A stretch of 63,950 nucleotides of DNA, counting the filler, from Sphacelaria rigidula (taxonomy: Eukaryota), in NCBI GenBank assembly GCA_964200075.2. It is 5 parts of 5 records of this genome, joined end to end, with 100 filler letters (N's around TTAATTAATTAA, not from the genome) between each part and the next. Parts side by side here need not be neighbours in the genome. Positions count along the whole stretch, not along the records: positions 12,812 to 25,522 come from CAXNAA020003483.1; positions 25,623 to 38,333 come from CAXNAA020003484.1; 3 more parts are not named here. One strand, written 5' to 3'. Made by a program: the position numbers and the translations under genes. How positions within the stretch are numbered: position 1 is the stretch's first letter; every line of letters begins with the position of its first letter. This document shows, piece by piece, positions 22,950 through 36,764 of the stretch. Below the pieces are notes generated by a model, which had not been told where the DNA came from, did no database searches, and saw only the letters and a list, made by a program, of their open reading frames with translations.

Positions 22950-25522
22950 CTCATCGAGGATGAGGGGTGGGAGTACATATTGTACAACACGAGAATAGTG
23001 AAATAAACGCCGGATCAAGTGACAGTTTCGGGGGGTAACCGGACGAGCGGGCGGGTGGGAGGAGCGTACACATAATTCTGAATGCCGCGGCCATGGGACC
23101 TTTGACCTCGCATTCCTACAAAGCCGGGACGGAGCACGCCCGGTTGGCGCCGCACCAGGCTCGCAATTATTCACCAGGCGCGAAGCACCGTGATGTGTTC
23201 AGTGAGTTGCATGAAGGGTGAGCTGCACCCTACTAAGATTGCTCGGCCCGACAAGTAGTGAATATTTTGCATATGGATGACAGCCTCGAATGAGTTGCTT
23301 CATTTCCTGGTATCGCCACTTCCAGAGACAGCCACGGATCGCACACCGCGCCATGGTTATCTCACCATTAAAGCACTACGATCACCCCCTGTGCGCGCAC
23401 TTCAGGTTTTCAACTCCGCACAATATGACCTAACCCCACCGCCATTGTGGTTACAGGGAGGGGGGGGGAGGGGCGTAGTGATGACTTCATGAAGCTCTCA
23501 CGAGCAGCGTATGATCATACACACAAGCACTTTTTGTAGTAGAGTGTTCGCGAGAACACATGTTCTTATTCGTCAGCTCTACATCTTTCGAATATGATAT
23601 ATATATATGTCATTTAATTTATTTCAATTCAATTTTTGTTGTTGTTGGGGAGCTGTTGGGGTTCTTGGGGGTAGATTATTTATTTTTGGTAAAAGGGAAG
23701 ACAATAGACGAATGATAATAAGGGTATAATGTATTATACATATATATATACATCAATTTAATTTTGATTCAATTTGTTTACATTAATCTTGAATTCATTT
23801 GCTTGTCGTTTGGCAGGTGCTGGGGCCGTTGGGGGTAGATTATTAAATTTTTTAAAAGGGAACACAATATATTATCGCGACAAGGCCAGCTGTTGCGCGG
23901 GCGCACTGAACCAGTGATGCGAATGGAGTGCGTCCGGTCTACGACATGCCACCCCATTTTGTAGCGGTCTATGATAGAGGATTGTTGACCAAATTGTCGG
24001 AAACTATGGTTGGTACCATTAATGAGGTACCGCCAACCCTAACGCTATCGCCGACGCTGACCCTAACCCTAACCATGACCCCGAGCAAGGTATAAAAACT
24101 CCTCGGGCACGGTGGGTGCAGGGAGTGTCCTAGGCAAACTTTGCGTTGGCAGATCTTGAATCGCGGCGCCGAAGTGGACAACAACACGTCGTGGGCGAGC
24201 TAGGAGCACTTGAGACTGTCAGTCCCTCTGGAGACCCAAATATTGGAGTTTATTCTAAAATCGAGTGACAACCATTGTTTCCCACCATTTGGTAAACTTC
24301 GTTGCCGTAGGAGTTGGACCAATGAGCGAGCCAATTGTCCCGGACCTTAATGTACTGGTGTCAACTGACCCTGAGAATCATAAAATTGTTCAGAATCTGA
24401 AGTAATTTCGCTCCGATTGGAGATTTTAGAATCGGGTGAAAACCCCTGATGACTCACGAGGTGTGATTTTTCCCGTGACACCTTCACATGAATTTTACCC
24501 TCAGTAGGAGCTACTCATGGGGGCTCGAGATACTGACTGCACCAAATGCTAGAAACTTGTCTACAAGTTGAAGAATGAGGATACTACGTGGACGTAACAC
24601 TTCATCAGAGGGTTACGAACTAGGCGTTTTCTCTTCAAACTTTGTACCTGTCTTTCATAAGGTTGGATTTTTTTTCCGGGTTCCGCAGAAATGTATTGCA
24701 CGAGCAAAAAAATCCCAACGCTGCATTTTCGGGGCAATCGGTAGCCTCCTGAGACGGGAGCGTTCGCGGCTGTCGTAGCAATGAAGTGAGGAGAACAAAA
24801 CGAGGGAATATACGATTCCTGACGGTATGGGTGTGATCTTTATCGGTGCTAGCGGGGTACAACCAGATTTGCAAGATTGTGTTTTGTAGGGTATACCTGC
24901 TGAAATACGAGCTTTCAAAGAGGCGAAAAATATACAGTTTATCGGTGCATACCATTCCGAACCACACCGGAATATTTGCTGCACATATTAGTATGGTTTG
25001 GTGTGCCGACCAAATGTTCACTACTTCCGGGTATACCCCATATTGTAGGACACAACCTTGAAAAATTGTTGAACCGACCGGGTAGATTCACTCTGGGTGG
25101 GAATCGCCCGATGGGTCAACGACCGAGCGGTTCAAGTCTGGACAGACTTCGCCCGCACACTTCCGCATTACATCGAGCACGATTGAGCTTAGCCCCTCGT
25201 CTTCATGCGGGGGAAGAAAAGGGGGTAGACTAACACATCACTCCCCGCATCATAGAAAAACAAATGAGGAAGAGAACAGCGTGCAAAACGAAAAGGAAAG
25301 CAATAGAAGCAATTCGGCGCAACACCCCTAGACACTTTCTACGATAGCCCCCCCCCCAAAAATGCGTGGTTTTGGGAAGCGAAATCTTGACGTAAATCGA
25401 AATGGGAAAAGCCGAGGATAACGAACAGCTGGGCATTCCCACGCTTGGGTTCGTTCTAGCCAATGTTGCCAGTATGAGGCGCTTCATGCAGCCTGAACCC
25501 AAAGGCCCTGTATGGCCTGGCC

Positions 25523-25622
25523 NNNNNNNNNNNNNNNNNNNNNNNNNNNNNNNNNNNNNNNNNNNNTTAATTAATTAANNNNNNNNNNNNNNNNNNNNNN
25601 NNNNNNNNNNNNNNNNNNNNNN
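25523..25622. other. Artificial contig linker
   Basis: N44-TTAATTAATTAA-N44. Confidence 0.98.
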
Positions 25623-27139
25623 TTGATGTTTGGGTTAGGGTCCATGAAGCGCCTCATATTGGCGATATTGGCGAGAACGAACCCAAACGTGGGAATTCCC
25701 AGCTGCTCGTTGTGCTCGGCTTTTCCCATTTCGATTCACGTGAAGGTTTTGCCTCCCAAAACCATGCACTTTTCGGGGGGGGGCTATCGTTGAAAGTGTC
25801 ACCGTGCAGATACGTCTGATGGCCTACATAGAACAGAGGTAGCGCGGCGGCATGCGCTATACGTATGGCTACACAATGTGGATGCCTGTCAGTTTAGATA
25901 TATGGGGGTTTTACATACCGTTATGTGCAGTCATGACCAGCAAGCACGTAACGACTCAAAACAGCCACAACACGAAAATAACAGACCGTTTTGAAAGGGA
26001 GTACTCCAACACCATGTTCTGTTGAAGTGTTTCCCTCCCGAATATTTTTGTAGCCAGCATTGGGTAAACACATCTGCCCTCCTGCTGCCCGTGCACAGTG
26101 GTCGCAATTCATGGGCGACCTATACATATCTAACGACATCTTGACAGTCCTTCTTTACATTGTGGGGAATGAGTTGAAAAAGTGGAGCTTTTCAATTTTC
26201 ACAACCCTTCACACCCTGGACAATAGACGGCATCTCTTACAGTAACAATAGAATCTGCCGCAGCAGATGCCAACATTGTCGTCCGTAATGGCTATCGATT
26301 GACCAGTTTATCTTTCTAGTGTTGTCAGCAATGTCTATCGATAGACCCCTTTCCCACACTCTTGTCCGGGCAGCAGTCTGTTGTGGCCATACACCGAAAC
26401 TATTGCCGCGACCGAATGTATTGATCGATAGCTTTCCAAATCTATTAGTGACTGCAATGGCCATCGATAGACTGTGCCAAATATATTGATGACGGCGATG
26501 GCTATCAATACATTGCGTACAAAATCTGTTGATGGCGGCAATGAATACCGATAGATAGAGAGATATCAGAATCTACTATGGTATACAATGCCTACCGATA
26601 GATATTCTGATATTCTCTGTCGTCTATTGCCACACTTACATTGCAACATGTATAGAGCATATTATACTCTGTTGAAATACGGTAGAGAAGCCGCGGGTGA
26701 ACATGCAGTGAATATATGGTTACACTACTCGTTAATTTATGACGTCACGATTCTACAATTTTGTAACGATTGTATATTGTAGGAATCCGCAAGTATGTGT
26801 GAAAAAAAGTTTACGAGTTTTGTTGCTGGTTTGGTGTTGGCACTTCTTGTGGTTGTCCCTCTGATAGACATAAGCACTTGTAACACTTTTGTGCGTTGGT
26901 GGGATGTGCGTATACCCTGGACAGTAGACGATGTAATAGAACAGTGTCGTTGCAATTGCCCCGAGAATTCGACCGTCAATGTCCATTGTCAGTCATAACC
27001 GGTTGGCATTACTGTCTATCGATAGCTATTGTAGGGCACAAAATATTAGGGACAGGAGACAGAATGTAGCATTGCCATGACAATGGAGGGGCCAAGCTGC
27101 CCATCGATACATTTATTTGTTGGGATAGGCTCTGAATTG

Positions 27140-29335
27140 CGGCCACCGATGTTTCTTGTTCAGAGGTAGCTAGGTGTTGACCGTGTCGTAGAGTTGAGAG
27201 CTGTATTTTTGGAGACGTGTCCATCCAGCGTTGATGAGGTGACTGATTTCGATGACTATATCCGCATCCACGCTGACAGCACCGCAAAGGTAGAGGAAAT
27301 TGGGTTCCTGTTTATACCCTCGACCTGCCGCGTTGATGTGCAGTGTGAGCTGGGTATTGACCACAGGCGCATGGGCTCTGCTTTACTCTCCGTCCCGTCA
27401 ATCCGACCCTGACAGGCCACCGCTATCATAAACACCATGCTGTCAAGCCCGTCTGGGAACGTCGAGACTATGCCGGCGTCATCCGCATATAGCATTTTCC
27501 ACACCGCGCGCGTACCTTCTTCTGCGAGGTCCCTTCCAGGGGTTCACCACCGTCATCTTTGGTGCATCATGTCGAGACGTTGGCTGTGTCTGCCATGAAC
27601 CGCTGTAAACTCACATCGACCAAGGCTACACCGAAGATGTTGAACCATAGTGTAGACGAAACATGCCCTTGCCTGAGTTCCAGACAAACGTGGAATACGT
27701 TGACAATTCGTTCGCATGCCATCGTGAAACATACGGATCTTGATAATCCGCGGCGGGACTACGAATCGGGCAAGCACTTCGCACAAGAGCGTGTGGTCTA
27801 CGGAATCGTAGGCCTTTTGCAGGTTGATGAAGCACCTGTTTAGTGGGACTTTTCCCGCGCGTCCACGAACATCATGTAGGTGGTCGATCGTTGGCGCCAG
27901 CATCCGCACTTTTCCCGGAAACTCGCCTGTTTGCTACAAATTTTAGGAGAAAATTACCAGCATGTGCCGCAAGAGAGATGCCGCTGTAGGTACCACACTC
28001 GGTCCTACCCGTTGTCTTGTGTACCCCTTTGATAGTGGCGTCTGTGTTCTTCTGCGGCACCTCGCCACATGTCCAGATCGCAGCAATGATGCTGTGGAAG
28101 CGGCACATGATCTCCGAAGGCTCCCCGATCAGTCCAAGCTTCAGGAGTTCAACAGGTAGATCATCCGGGCCCATCGCTTTACCGTTTGCCGTAGCTTTCA
28201 GGGCATCCTAAATTTCAGTTGGGGCAGGGTCTCCAAGTGACAACGCTGTCGGTCGTTACGCAAAGTTCTCGATGACGACTCGGGCTACAGTTGTTGATAT
28301 TGCGTTCAGCAAGGTGGGGACGTTTCGTTTCCACCGCTCACAATTGGGCCGCTGTCAAGCAGCAGATTCCCGTCCTCGCCCTTGATATACTACTCGCTCC
28401 CTACTCTCGTCCCGCCAGACTGGACCCTCCTTTCAGATGTCATTATCATCCTCTCCTATCCCCAGTTCTAGCGGAGTCCTCCTGTTCATTCGCAAACATA
28501 TGCAGGTACATGTCCATCCCAGCGTGGATCACCTCTTTGAGTTCCCGGCACGCTGTTCGCAAGGTGCGCCATGCGGGGTTACCTCTCGACCCCGTTCGCA
28601 CCATCAGCCTCGCCCTTTCTCTTTCGTTTCAGGCCTGTTTCAACTCCGCTCGGATGACAGCATTTTCGGACCACCTCGGTATACGTGGCTTTCGGGTCTG
28701 ATGGGGCACCACCTTCTCAGCGGAGCTCAGTAGCGTGTCGGCGAACTTTGCAGCCGATGCACTGACTGTATCGCCAGTTCTACCCTTCTTGAGCGTCGGT
28801 GTCAGATGTTCTTGCCCGCCTGTCGGTTCTCCACGATCTATGCGCGTCAAGAAAACATGGAGCCGCTATGAGGTGTGCACGATTTTATGATTAGCGTCTA
28901 TCGGGTTGGGTGGTTGAAGGTGGACGACATTGCGAACAGGCCTGCAGCGATCTTGCAGTGTCAGGATGTAGTCAATGCGTTTTTACCCGCGGGATTAGTC
29001 GCGATGCCGTTGAACGCACCTGACGTGCATCCCCTGGGAGAGAAAATAACGACTTGGCCGTATACCTATAGTATTTCACGGTCCTCTCCTGCGGTTCTTA
29101 TTCCAGTCCTGGCGATAGCGTCCATCAAATAAGTAGGTTGTGATCGTTGAGAACTGGCTTTATAGTACTGTCCAACTCAGTCCAGGACACATCCCTAGGG
29201 GCATATACAACTGCAAACTTGACAGCGTTTGATGAACCTGCGAGGTTGAGCGTCATCGACATCGGGCGTTCGCTAGTGAGCGCCTGAGTCTACGTCGCCT
29301 TATTGGCGATCAACTCCTTGACCACCAACTCGCGT
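27140..29335 (-). mobile_element. Degenerate LINE (probably RTE-like) with RT and upstream endonuclease remnants
   Basis: [49 protein letters not shown] and MLYADDAGIVS non-LTR RT motifs spread over frameshifted ORFs. Confidence 0.88.
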
Positions 29336-29796
29336 CAGCCGCTAGCTCTAGTCCGCGGCATCTGGTATCTACTCACAAATGCCTGCTCTTCATCAACGTG
29401 ATTTCCGTCACAGTGCCTCAACTTCGGGCAAAACTCTGCGACTACGGGGTTGAGTTCGGGTCCCAGCACGGGGCAAAACTCAGCAGCCGCAGGGTTGACC
29501 CTGGAGTTCAACATTATCGGCATGGCCCATTGCCTGGTTCATGTCTTGCATCACTGATGACACAACACGCTGACACCCATCCCCAGTCAAGCATAGGCGC
29601 TCGAAATACAGGTGGGAAGCTGCGAGTGTACTTAGTGAGAAGAGGAGAACACCAATGTAGTCGTGTCGTACGTTCATGTCTTCACATTCTAGGTTCTACT
29701 ACTATACACCACTCCTGAAAACGTCGTCGACTGTGCAGTACCGACATTTTTCATTAGGGTATTTTTTGGAAGAGGAAGTTCCAGTTTACATAGCCG

Positions 29797-30075
29797 CCGC
29801 GCCCCTGTGGTGTAATGGCCCGACTGTCATCGTTAGGGTGGAGAGAACGAGGATTTGAATCCCGATGCGTTTGTATTTTTCCTCTATGTGTCTGATTTCT
29901 ATCGTCCAAAAAAATGATAAGTGAGTAAACAAAAAACAGTTACCGGAGGTTTTTTTACGAGAGTTGACGCGGTGCTGGAGTGCTGATAGTCATGACCCAA
30001 TCCGCGAGACCACAATGCACGGCGTGTACCACGGACTCGTCCCAGGGAAGGAGAGGGGTTCAAAGAGCGAGGAAT
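29797..30075 (+). mobile_element. Putative tRNA-derived SINE, family 2
   Basis: A-box TGGTGTAATGG and B-box-like GATTTGAATCCC; homologous copy at ~36240-36500. Confidence 0.5.
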
Positions 30076-30094
30076 AATCAAATACTATAACGAT

Positions 30095-32017
30095 AAGGGC
30101 GATTGTTTGGAAAAGGTACACCTTCTCGTGTTTTGCCCAAGAGAGATACGAAAACTCACCAGAAATGCGAAAACAGAAAACACACACAACCTAGACCGTT
30201 TTTGCTCCCAAGTTTTCACGCACATCAGAGGGCCCCTTGGCACACGGGTCTTGAAAACAAAACGGAAGAAAAAAAATATGTTACTGGCGATATACGATCA
30301 TGCGCAAAAGGACGCGCGCCTCGCCTCTTGAAGCCGTTGCCCCATTTCCCCTTTCTAGGCCAAAGATCCACCAGGTATACCTGATCCAGGAATTCTTTTT
30401 ACATCATACCTTATCAGAACCACCAGTCGGCGCGCCAACTCCAACCATGGCGCCCACACGTTCGGCTCTTTTCCCGCGCAATTGCCGTTCACGGACGCCA
30501 CAACGGTCACACCCGTTTCTCCCGGGAAATGGTTTCCGAGTGTCTCCGCGTCGACACAAGATCTGTACTCGCGACTCACAACGCGTCGGTTGTTTGTGCT
30601 TACGGAGGGTTCTGTACCATCGTCCTGCTGCGATCTCGGGGCTGGTGTCAGGGTCAAGCTAGGCTCTTCCGTCACTAATGGACAGCTGTCACATCATCGA
30701 TGGTTGGTGCAAAGAACGGATAAGAACCGTCACGCATATATCTGGAGCCCCCGCCCTTGATAGTCGCTGAACGCACGCACACGTCACCGAGCCCGTGTGA
30801 ATCGTCCCTTGTAGTGCATCAAACAGCAAAGATGACCCGCGCCTCACGACACCCATCTTGTTCCCTCCTCTCTTCACGACTAGAATGTAGTGGTTCTGCC
30901 TTTCTTTGCAACTTTCAGTCACTCGCATATCTCGCATGCACCGGCGCCAACAACAACAGCAGCAATTTTTACATCGCATGAAGCAGAGGACACAATTCGA
31001 ACTTCTTGGTCGTCGTCAGTGATCGTTACGCACGGTCCAGATAAATGTGGTGTGTGTGTTCCTTTGGTGTTTATGTTGGGCTCATGCTACTCTGTAGGAC
31101 TGAACGCTGTTACTGTACTTATTCGTTCCTTGGACCAACCATCGATGATGTGATAGCCGTCCATCAGTGACGAAAGAGCCTGGCTTGACCCTGACACCAG
31201 CCCCGAGATCGCAGCAGCACGTGTTACAGAACTCCCCGCAAGCACAAGCAACCGACGCATCGTGAGTCGTGAGTCCAGTTCTTCCGTCGACGCGGAGACA
31301 CTCGAAAACCATTTTCCGGTAGAAACAGATGTGATCATTGCAAGGGTCGGAGAAATAATGGTTCGTCTGTAAATTACTTGGTTTTAGTATGATGAGTCGA
31401 CTCGTGACGAATCAATCCCTAGGCTTTATTTCAGCGTTGCAACCCAGGTACAGGCAGCCCAGACACGTGGANNNNNNNNNNAAGAAATCGTGAATTTGGT
31501 GATTTTGAGTCGGGATGATTTGTCCTAACCGTGGATCATTGTGGCGCCCGTGAACGGCAAATGCGCGGGAAAAGAGCCGAACGTGTGGGCGCCATGGTCG
31601 GAGTTGGCGCGTGGACTCTGTTGCACGCAGTGTGCCGTATCTAGTACAGTGTAGCAAGCGATGGCCCAGGGCAGGTACATTCTCGGCCGACTGGTGGTCC
31701 TGATAAGGTATGATGTAAAAATAATTCCTGGATCATGTATTCCTGGCAGAGTTTTGGCCTAGAAAGGGGAAACGGGGCAACGGCTTCTCGAGGCGCGCGT
31801 CCTTTTGCGCATGGCCGTATATCGCGAGTCACATGCTTTTTTTCTGTTTTGTTTTTAAGGCCCATGTGCCAAGGAGCCCTCCGATTGATGTGTGTGAAAA
31901 TTTCGGAACGAAAACGGTCTAGGTTGTGTGTGTTTTCTGTTTTCGCATTTCTGGCCCGTTTTCGTACCTTTCTTGGGCCAAAACGAGAAGGTGTACCTTT
32001 TCTAGGCAACTGCCCTA
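30095..32017. mobile_element. ~1.9-kb foldback element with long inverted arms
   Basis: 30095-30490 matches rc of 31550-32017, and 30510-30725 matches rc of 31120-31330; the right arm is interrupted by a MITE copy at ~31342-31535. Confidence 0.8.
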
Positions 32018-32094
32018 GCAATGAAATAGCGGTTGCTCGACGTCAAACCGACCGGAAAGCCACACCCTGCGCCATGCTTCTGAACATGGCGCAG

Positions 32095-34145
32095 ATAAAT
32101 CATGCCACGCGTGTCGCTGACGCGTTGCCATATCTCGAAGACCGCATATTTTCTGCAGGTGAGTATTCGCCGTGAACTTACACTATAACCGTTCGCGTAT
32201 TCTTGCTAAAAAATTGAAAAACCCACAAGAAAATGAAACGGTAATCCGGTGCCTACCAAATAAATCATTTCGCCTTGTTGAAGGATACACGATGAAGCAA
32301 TTTATACCCTATCAGCACCCCTCGCCTCTTCTGCATGCAAACTCCCATGACCACAGGATGAGCCTGAATCGCGAAGCCGGGGTGTCTCCACCGTGCTTGA
32401 CAAGGCGGCGACGTTCTAACACGATTACCGATGGGAGACGGAGACAGCAGCAGCAGCAACAACAACAGCTTGTTGATGATGGAACGACAGAGGGACTATG
32501 GTGGTGTGGAAACGAGCGATCAATTCGAGACGAAAAAATATTCGCACATCCGCAGACAATATCGCCTGGATAATCTTTCAATGATAGCACGTCGCTCTTA
32601 CTTTCGTCGCTGAGACAGTTCTTGCTCATTTTCGTTGGGCAATTATCGTGCTTCAGATTATTCCTCGCCTTCGCGTACGTCTACCGAGAAGACGGGTCAC
32701 ACAATCTTGAGGCAGGTTTTCATGTATTGGTCACCAAGTCCAACAAGTTGGACAGTATCACGTTTCGGTGAGAATTGTTTGGGTAACGTTGTCAAACCCA
32801 TCTATTGCTCGAACCGTTTCTTGATTTTCCTCACTCCGATGCATTTTTTTACCGCAGCCGAGACGGGCACTTATGTTCACGATCCACACACATCATCTCC
32901 CGCTGTCGTTGCGCTTGACCGGACGGTGTAAGCACCTGTCTTGATTCTGAAGACAGCCCTTCCCCGGCCTGGCCTGGCCTTGCTTCGCTCGTTCTTTGTA
33001 CCAGGCTGCCTCGTGAAGTTGTCGCGGATGATCGACGCAAGGCAAATTGTTGGTGGATCACCCTCATTGTCATGCTCTTTGCATACGTGATGTATCTGGG
33101 ATTCAGTTCGGCGGCACGCCGGAGGAGCCCACCTGTAACGGTCGTGCTGAAGGTTTGTTTCCTTAATTGCGGCTAGTTATCGCATCATTATCGGGCCAGC
33201 ATGAATCAGTGCAGCTATGTGAGGTCTGTGGTTCCTCAACTGGCCTATGAATTCCTTGCATTACTGCTGAATCAGAGCACCCTCTACAGGCAATATAGTG
33301 GGCAAGCGTGACGGTTACCGATTGACACAGGCGTCAAGCAGCTCGTACCATGTAACGTCGTTTAATAGGAGCAAAATTCACTTTCCAAGAGTCGTGATAC
33401 ATCAGAAAGGATACCCCCTCGTTGTTGTACTGGCGAGCGGAGTTGTACACGTTGGAGTGACACAGCATCTTCCCCCCGCCGTTCGAGATTTGCGTTGACT
33501 GTTTGCGGAATGGGCAAATACATCATAGCTCCAACACCCGATCATACACACGTCGAATCTGACATAAAAAATGTAGGTAACTCATCAAGAGTAACCGAGG
33601 CACGCTTGCCCGAGTTGGTTGCCAAATCCCATTGTTGACACGTACTTGGGTTTTGGACCCTAACCCTCACCTCCACCCCCAACCCATCCAAGGCATGCCG
33701 GCAGCCATCGGGGAATGGAGGTACGGGGTGCGCCATAGGGAAAGCGCGCGTTGGCAGGGCCCCACTCGGCGCTATGGGCCCCGATTTGAGCATAAACATG
33801 TCCTCCGTACGCTGGCGGGTACTTGAGGCTGTTTGCCCCCAAAAGATCAGAATGTAAGAGCCCACATCGAACCAGAGTACTCTCAACCATGGAATTTGGC
33901 GACCAACTTGCGTCAGCTCTACTGGAATAAATCGTGCCACTGCGAGGGGCGGTTGCTTACCCCTCCTATGGTCCCCGATATTTTGTTACTTGATTACCGC
34001 GGTATTGTGCTGCTTGAAACAGAAACTTGAGAAGCCGTTTAGCCTACCGGACGTGATGTTCTGCCCAACGGCGGGAGATGGATGTGACTCAGGGGACCCC
34101 AGACTGTGCGCGTCAACGATGCAGTGGACTATCTCTGCCCTCCAG
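32095..34145 (+). CDS. Partial multi-exon membrane protein (TM helix followed by a DEG/ENaC-like LPDVMFC motif)
   Basis: Phase-compatible exons 32095-32158, 32858-32927, 33005-33152 and 34023-34145: ..RRKANCWWITLIVMLFAYVMYLGFSSAARRRSPPVTVVLK|KLEKPFSLPDVMFCPTAGDGCDSGDPRLCASTM.. Confidence 0.6.
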
Positions 34146-34534
34146 GTGAGATATTGGTCCATGCACACCACTCAGAGGTCGCCATAGGCACTTTTTTTGT
34201 TCACGCACCCAACCGACCGACTTACACACATACGTGCAGGGGTACTTCGCACAACATGGCACACCTCGCAGCAGCACCGTATGCATGAAGTGGGAATTTG
34301 ACAGTCGAACCAGTCAGCGTCGGCTGGTTCAGGGGTCAAATGCCCACTGGTCAGACAAATGACATTGGGTTCGGGTCCCACCATCGCCCATTGTCGATGA
34401 AAGTTTTGGCCTTAGACCTAAAGGTTCCAGCTAAGGAGGTTCGAATGGTCGCTTTGTGAACATCGCAGAGTTACAACCCTCTACGATTCGCCTGTCGAGA
34501 AGCATTAGCGCTATCGTTTTCGATGTTGTACTCG

Positions 34535-34974
34535 TAGCCGATCATCCATTTTGAGGATGGAGCTTTTCATTGAGGATGATAACCCGGAAAATTAAAATCT
34601 TCGCATCCACACCAATTCTTCGAGATATGGTTCCATTCCTTCATCTGCTGGTAGCTATTAACAGCTACTACACGCCACAAAAAATTGGATTTCGATGACC
34701 AAAAATTGGGGGTCCTAGGCGAAAAAACAGTTCTTGGGAATTTAGGTGATCGGGCCGGATCACTTGAAATCCAACGCTTTTCTTCTTCACCTAGGACCCC
34801 CAAATTTGGTCATCGGAATCCATTTTTTCTATGGCGTGTAGTAGTTGTCAATTGATACAAGCAATTTAAGAGATGGAACCATATCTCGAAGGATTGATAT
34901 GGATGCGAAGATTTTAATTTTCCGGGTTATCATCCTCAATGAAAAGCCCCAACCTCAGAATGGATGATCGGCTG
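34535..34974. mobile_element. Fully palindromic foldback MITE (~440 bp)
   Basis: Termini AGCCGATCATCC...GGATGATCGGCT; arms pair almost to the centre (~34755); related copy at ~62700-63080. Confidence 0.85.
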
Positions 34975-36764
34975 TTTACTATACAATACGAGACATTATA
35001 CCCAAATGCGGTATTTTAGCTACGCTGGTGCGTTAAAACACCATTTTAAAGCGACACTGTGATGCAACCTGAAAACGAGAGATCGTAGATCGCGTACTTT
35101 TGTACTGCACGTTTCTGAGGGACTCAACAGTTCAGCGGCGGAGAAGTTCTTCGGACTCCATGCATACGAATAGACCACCTCGTGTATTGATTCCTATGTG
35201 CGTTTGCACCACCATCATCATGATGATCATCATTATCCCTTCCCGGCCGAAAGCAAGAAATATTGGCCCAGCGGTCTCCGTGGGTAAGGTAGAGGCACGC
35301 AGGGCACGAGGTACAAGTGAAGGTCAGAAATGATGGTATACTGTAATGTCATTTGAATCGGGGGCACTGCCGCGCAGATCAACGGGCCGGGTAGCGCGCG
35401 CAGCGCAGAAATACTATTTGGCGCAACCGGGATTGAGAAAGATCGCCTCCATTTTCAGGCTACGTTGACCGAGGTGGTTTGGGGAAACCAGGAGCGTTAG
35501 CCATTCCGACTGGTCGGTCGAGTTCGCTGTCTTTAGTAAACTAAGTTGGCGACAGCCGTCGCCGATGATCACGGCTACCACTTGATACGAACGTCGACAT
35601 CGTATTCGGGGGTGGTTGCGAAGAAGGAGGGAGCGGCGGGTTTTGGTTCAGCCGAGACATGTCATGAATCGCGTCGCAGCAAGCTGGAGTCGAGGATAGT
35701 CGGGGTCGCGTTTCGATACCCAAGGCAAAGTGCACCAGGTGGATGTAATCGACACGCTATCAGCCGATCGATCGCGTGGGCTGTCGTGCAACTCATCACC
35801 GAGAGCAAGTCGCCCATGCTCTGCGGCGGTGGGGAAATACGTGCGGAGGCGCTGAGTATGTAACACTCTTGACAACGTGTTGCTCGTGTCTTGTTGCCGC
35901 CGAGGGAGAGAGGAGGGGTACGACTTAACGCTGGGCGGGATGGCCAACCCCAACTGCGCCCAGTTCTCGAAAAGTCAACATCCATTTACGAAATTGGTGA
36001 TTATGTATCAGGCCGCGCATGACCATCTCGCGCAGATCCAAGATCAAGAATGAGCAGCTGGTATGTTACTATGTCGTCACCGGCTTGGAGCAACTCTACA
36101 CGGAATGCCCCCTTCGTTTTAGACTTACCCGCCCGCACAAAAGCGCAGAATAGTTACAAGTCGGAGGGGGATAATGCTCTGTATATCAAAGCACCACGCC
36201 ACATCTGGTTCGTTGATTTTGAGAGCTACAGCGTTACCGCCGCGCCCGGGTGGTGTAAACATGCAACTGGCACAATTAGGGTGGAAAAAACGCGGTTTGA
36301 TTCCCGCTAGATGTGGTTGTCTGTTTCTTCAAATGATCTGATCTTACTCGTTGGAAGCGTGGGGGCGCGACTAGCAAAAATAGTCGATTGAGAATGTGTG
36401 GCGAGAGACGACGCGGCACGCGAGTGCTTATGGTCATAATTCAATCCGCGGGACCAAGCTGAAAGGCGCGTGCCGGGGAGAGAAGGGTTGATCCCTTGAG
36501 ACCAGGGATTTGTTCTGAGGATGAGAAGGAGATGGAAGTTTGAATAAATAAAGGATAAAGAGCTAGCACCGAACCACAAGACAGCTTATAGTGGGGGCTT
36601 CGAGCAAACCAATGCGCCGTGTTCTTGGTCCCGAAATGTTGATGAAGAACGACGTCTTCGTCGAGTGGTTGATCAATCGATCAATCGGTTGATTGTCAAA
36701 CGTTGCACACGTCGGACAGATTAGCTCCCTGTAGCTCGAGCTAGTCTTTTTTAGCGTAGCTTTC

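Noticed and set aside
24035..24075. Telomere (CCCTAA)n
   Set aside because: Only about 3 degenerate internal units.
25330..25800. Inverted repeat spanning the gap
   Set aside because: Two unrelated contigs ending in the same repeat family on either side of an artificial linker.
12256..33500. One long minus-strand gene joining exons at 12.3, 15-23 and 32-33 kb
   Set aside because: Phases can be matched, but the model crosses two artificial linkers.
32318..35985. Minus-strand exon chain (e.g. GGLLRRAAELNPRY.., MDQYLTWRAEIV..)
   Set aside because: It overlaps plus-strand exons that have better splice sites and a coherent TM plus LPDVMFC architecture.
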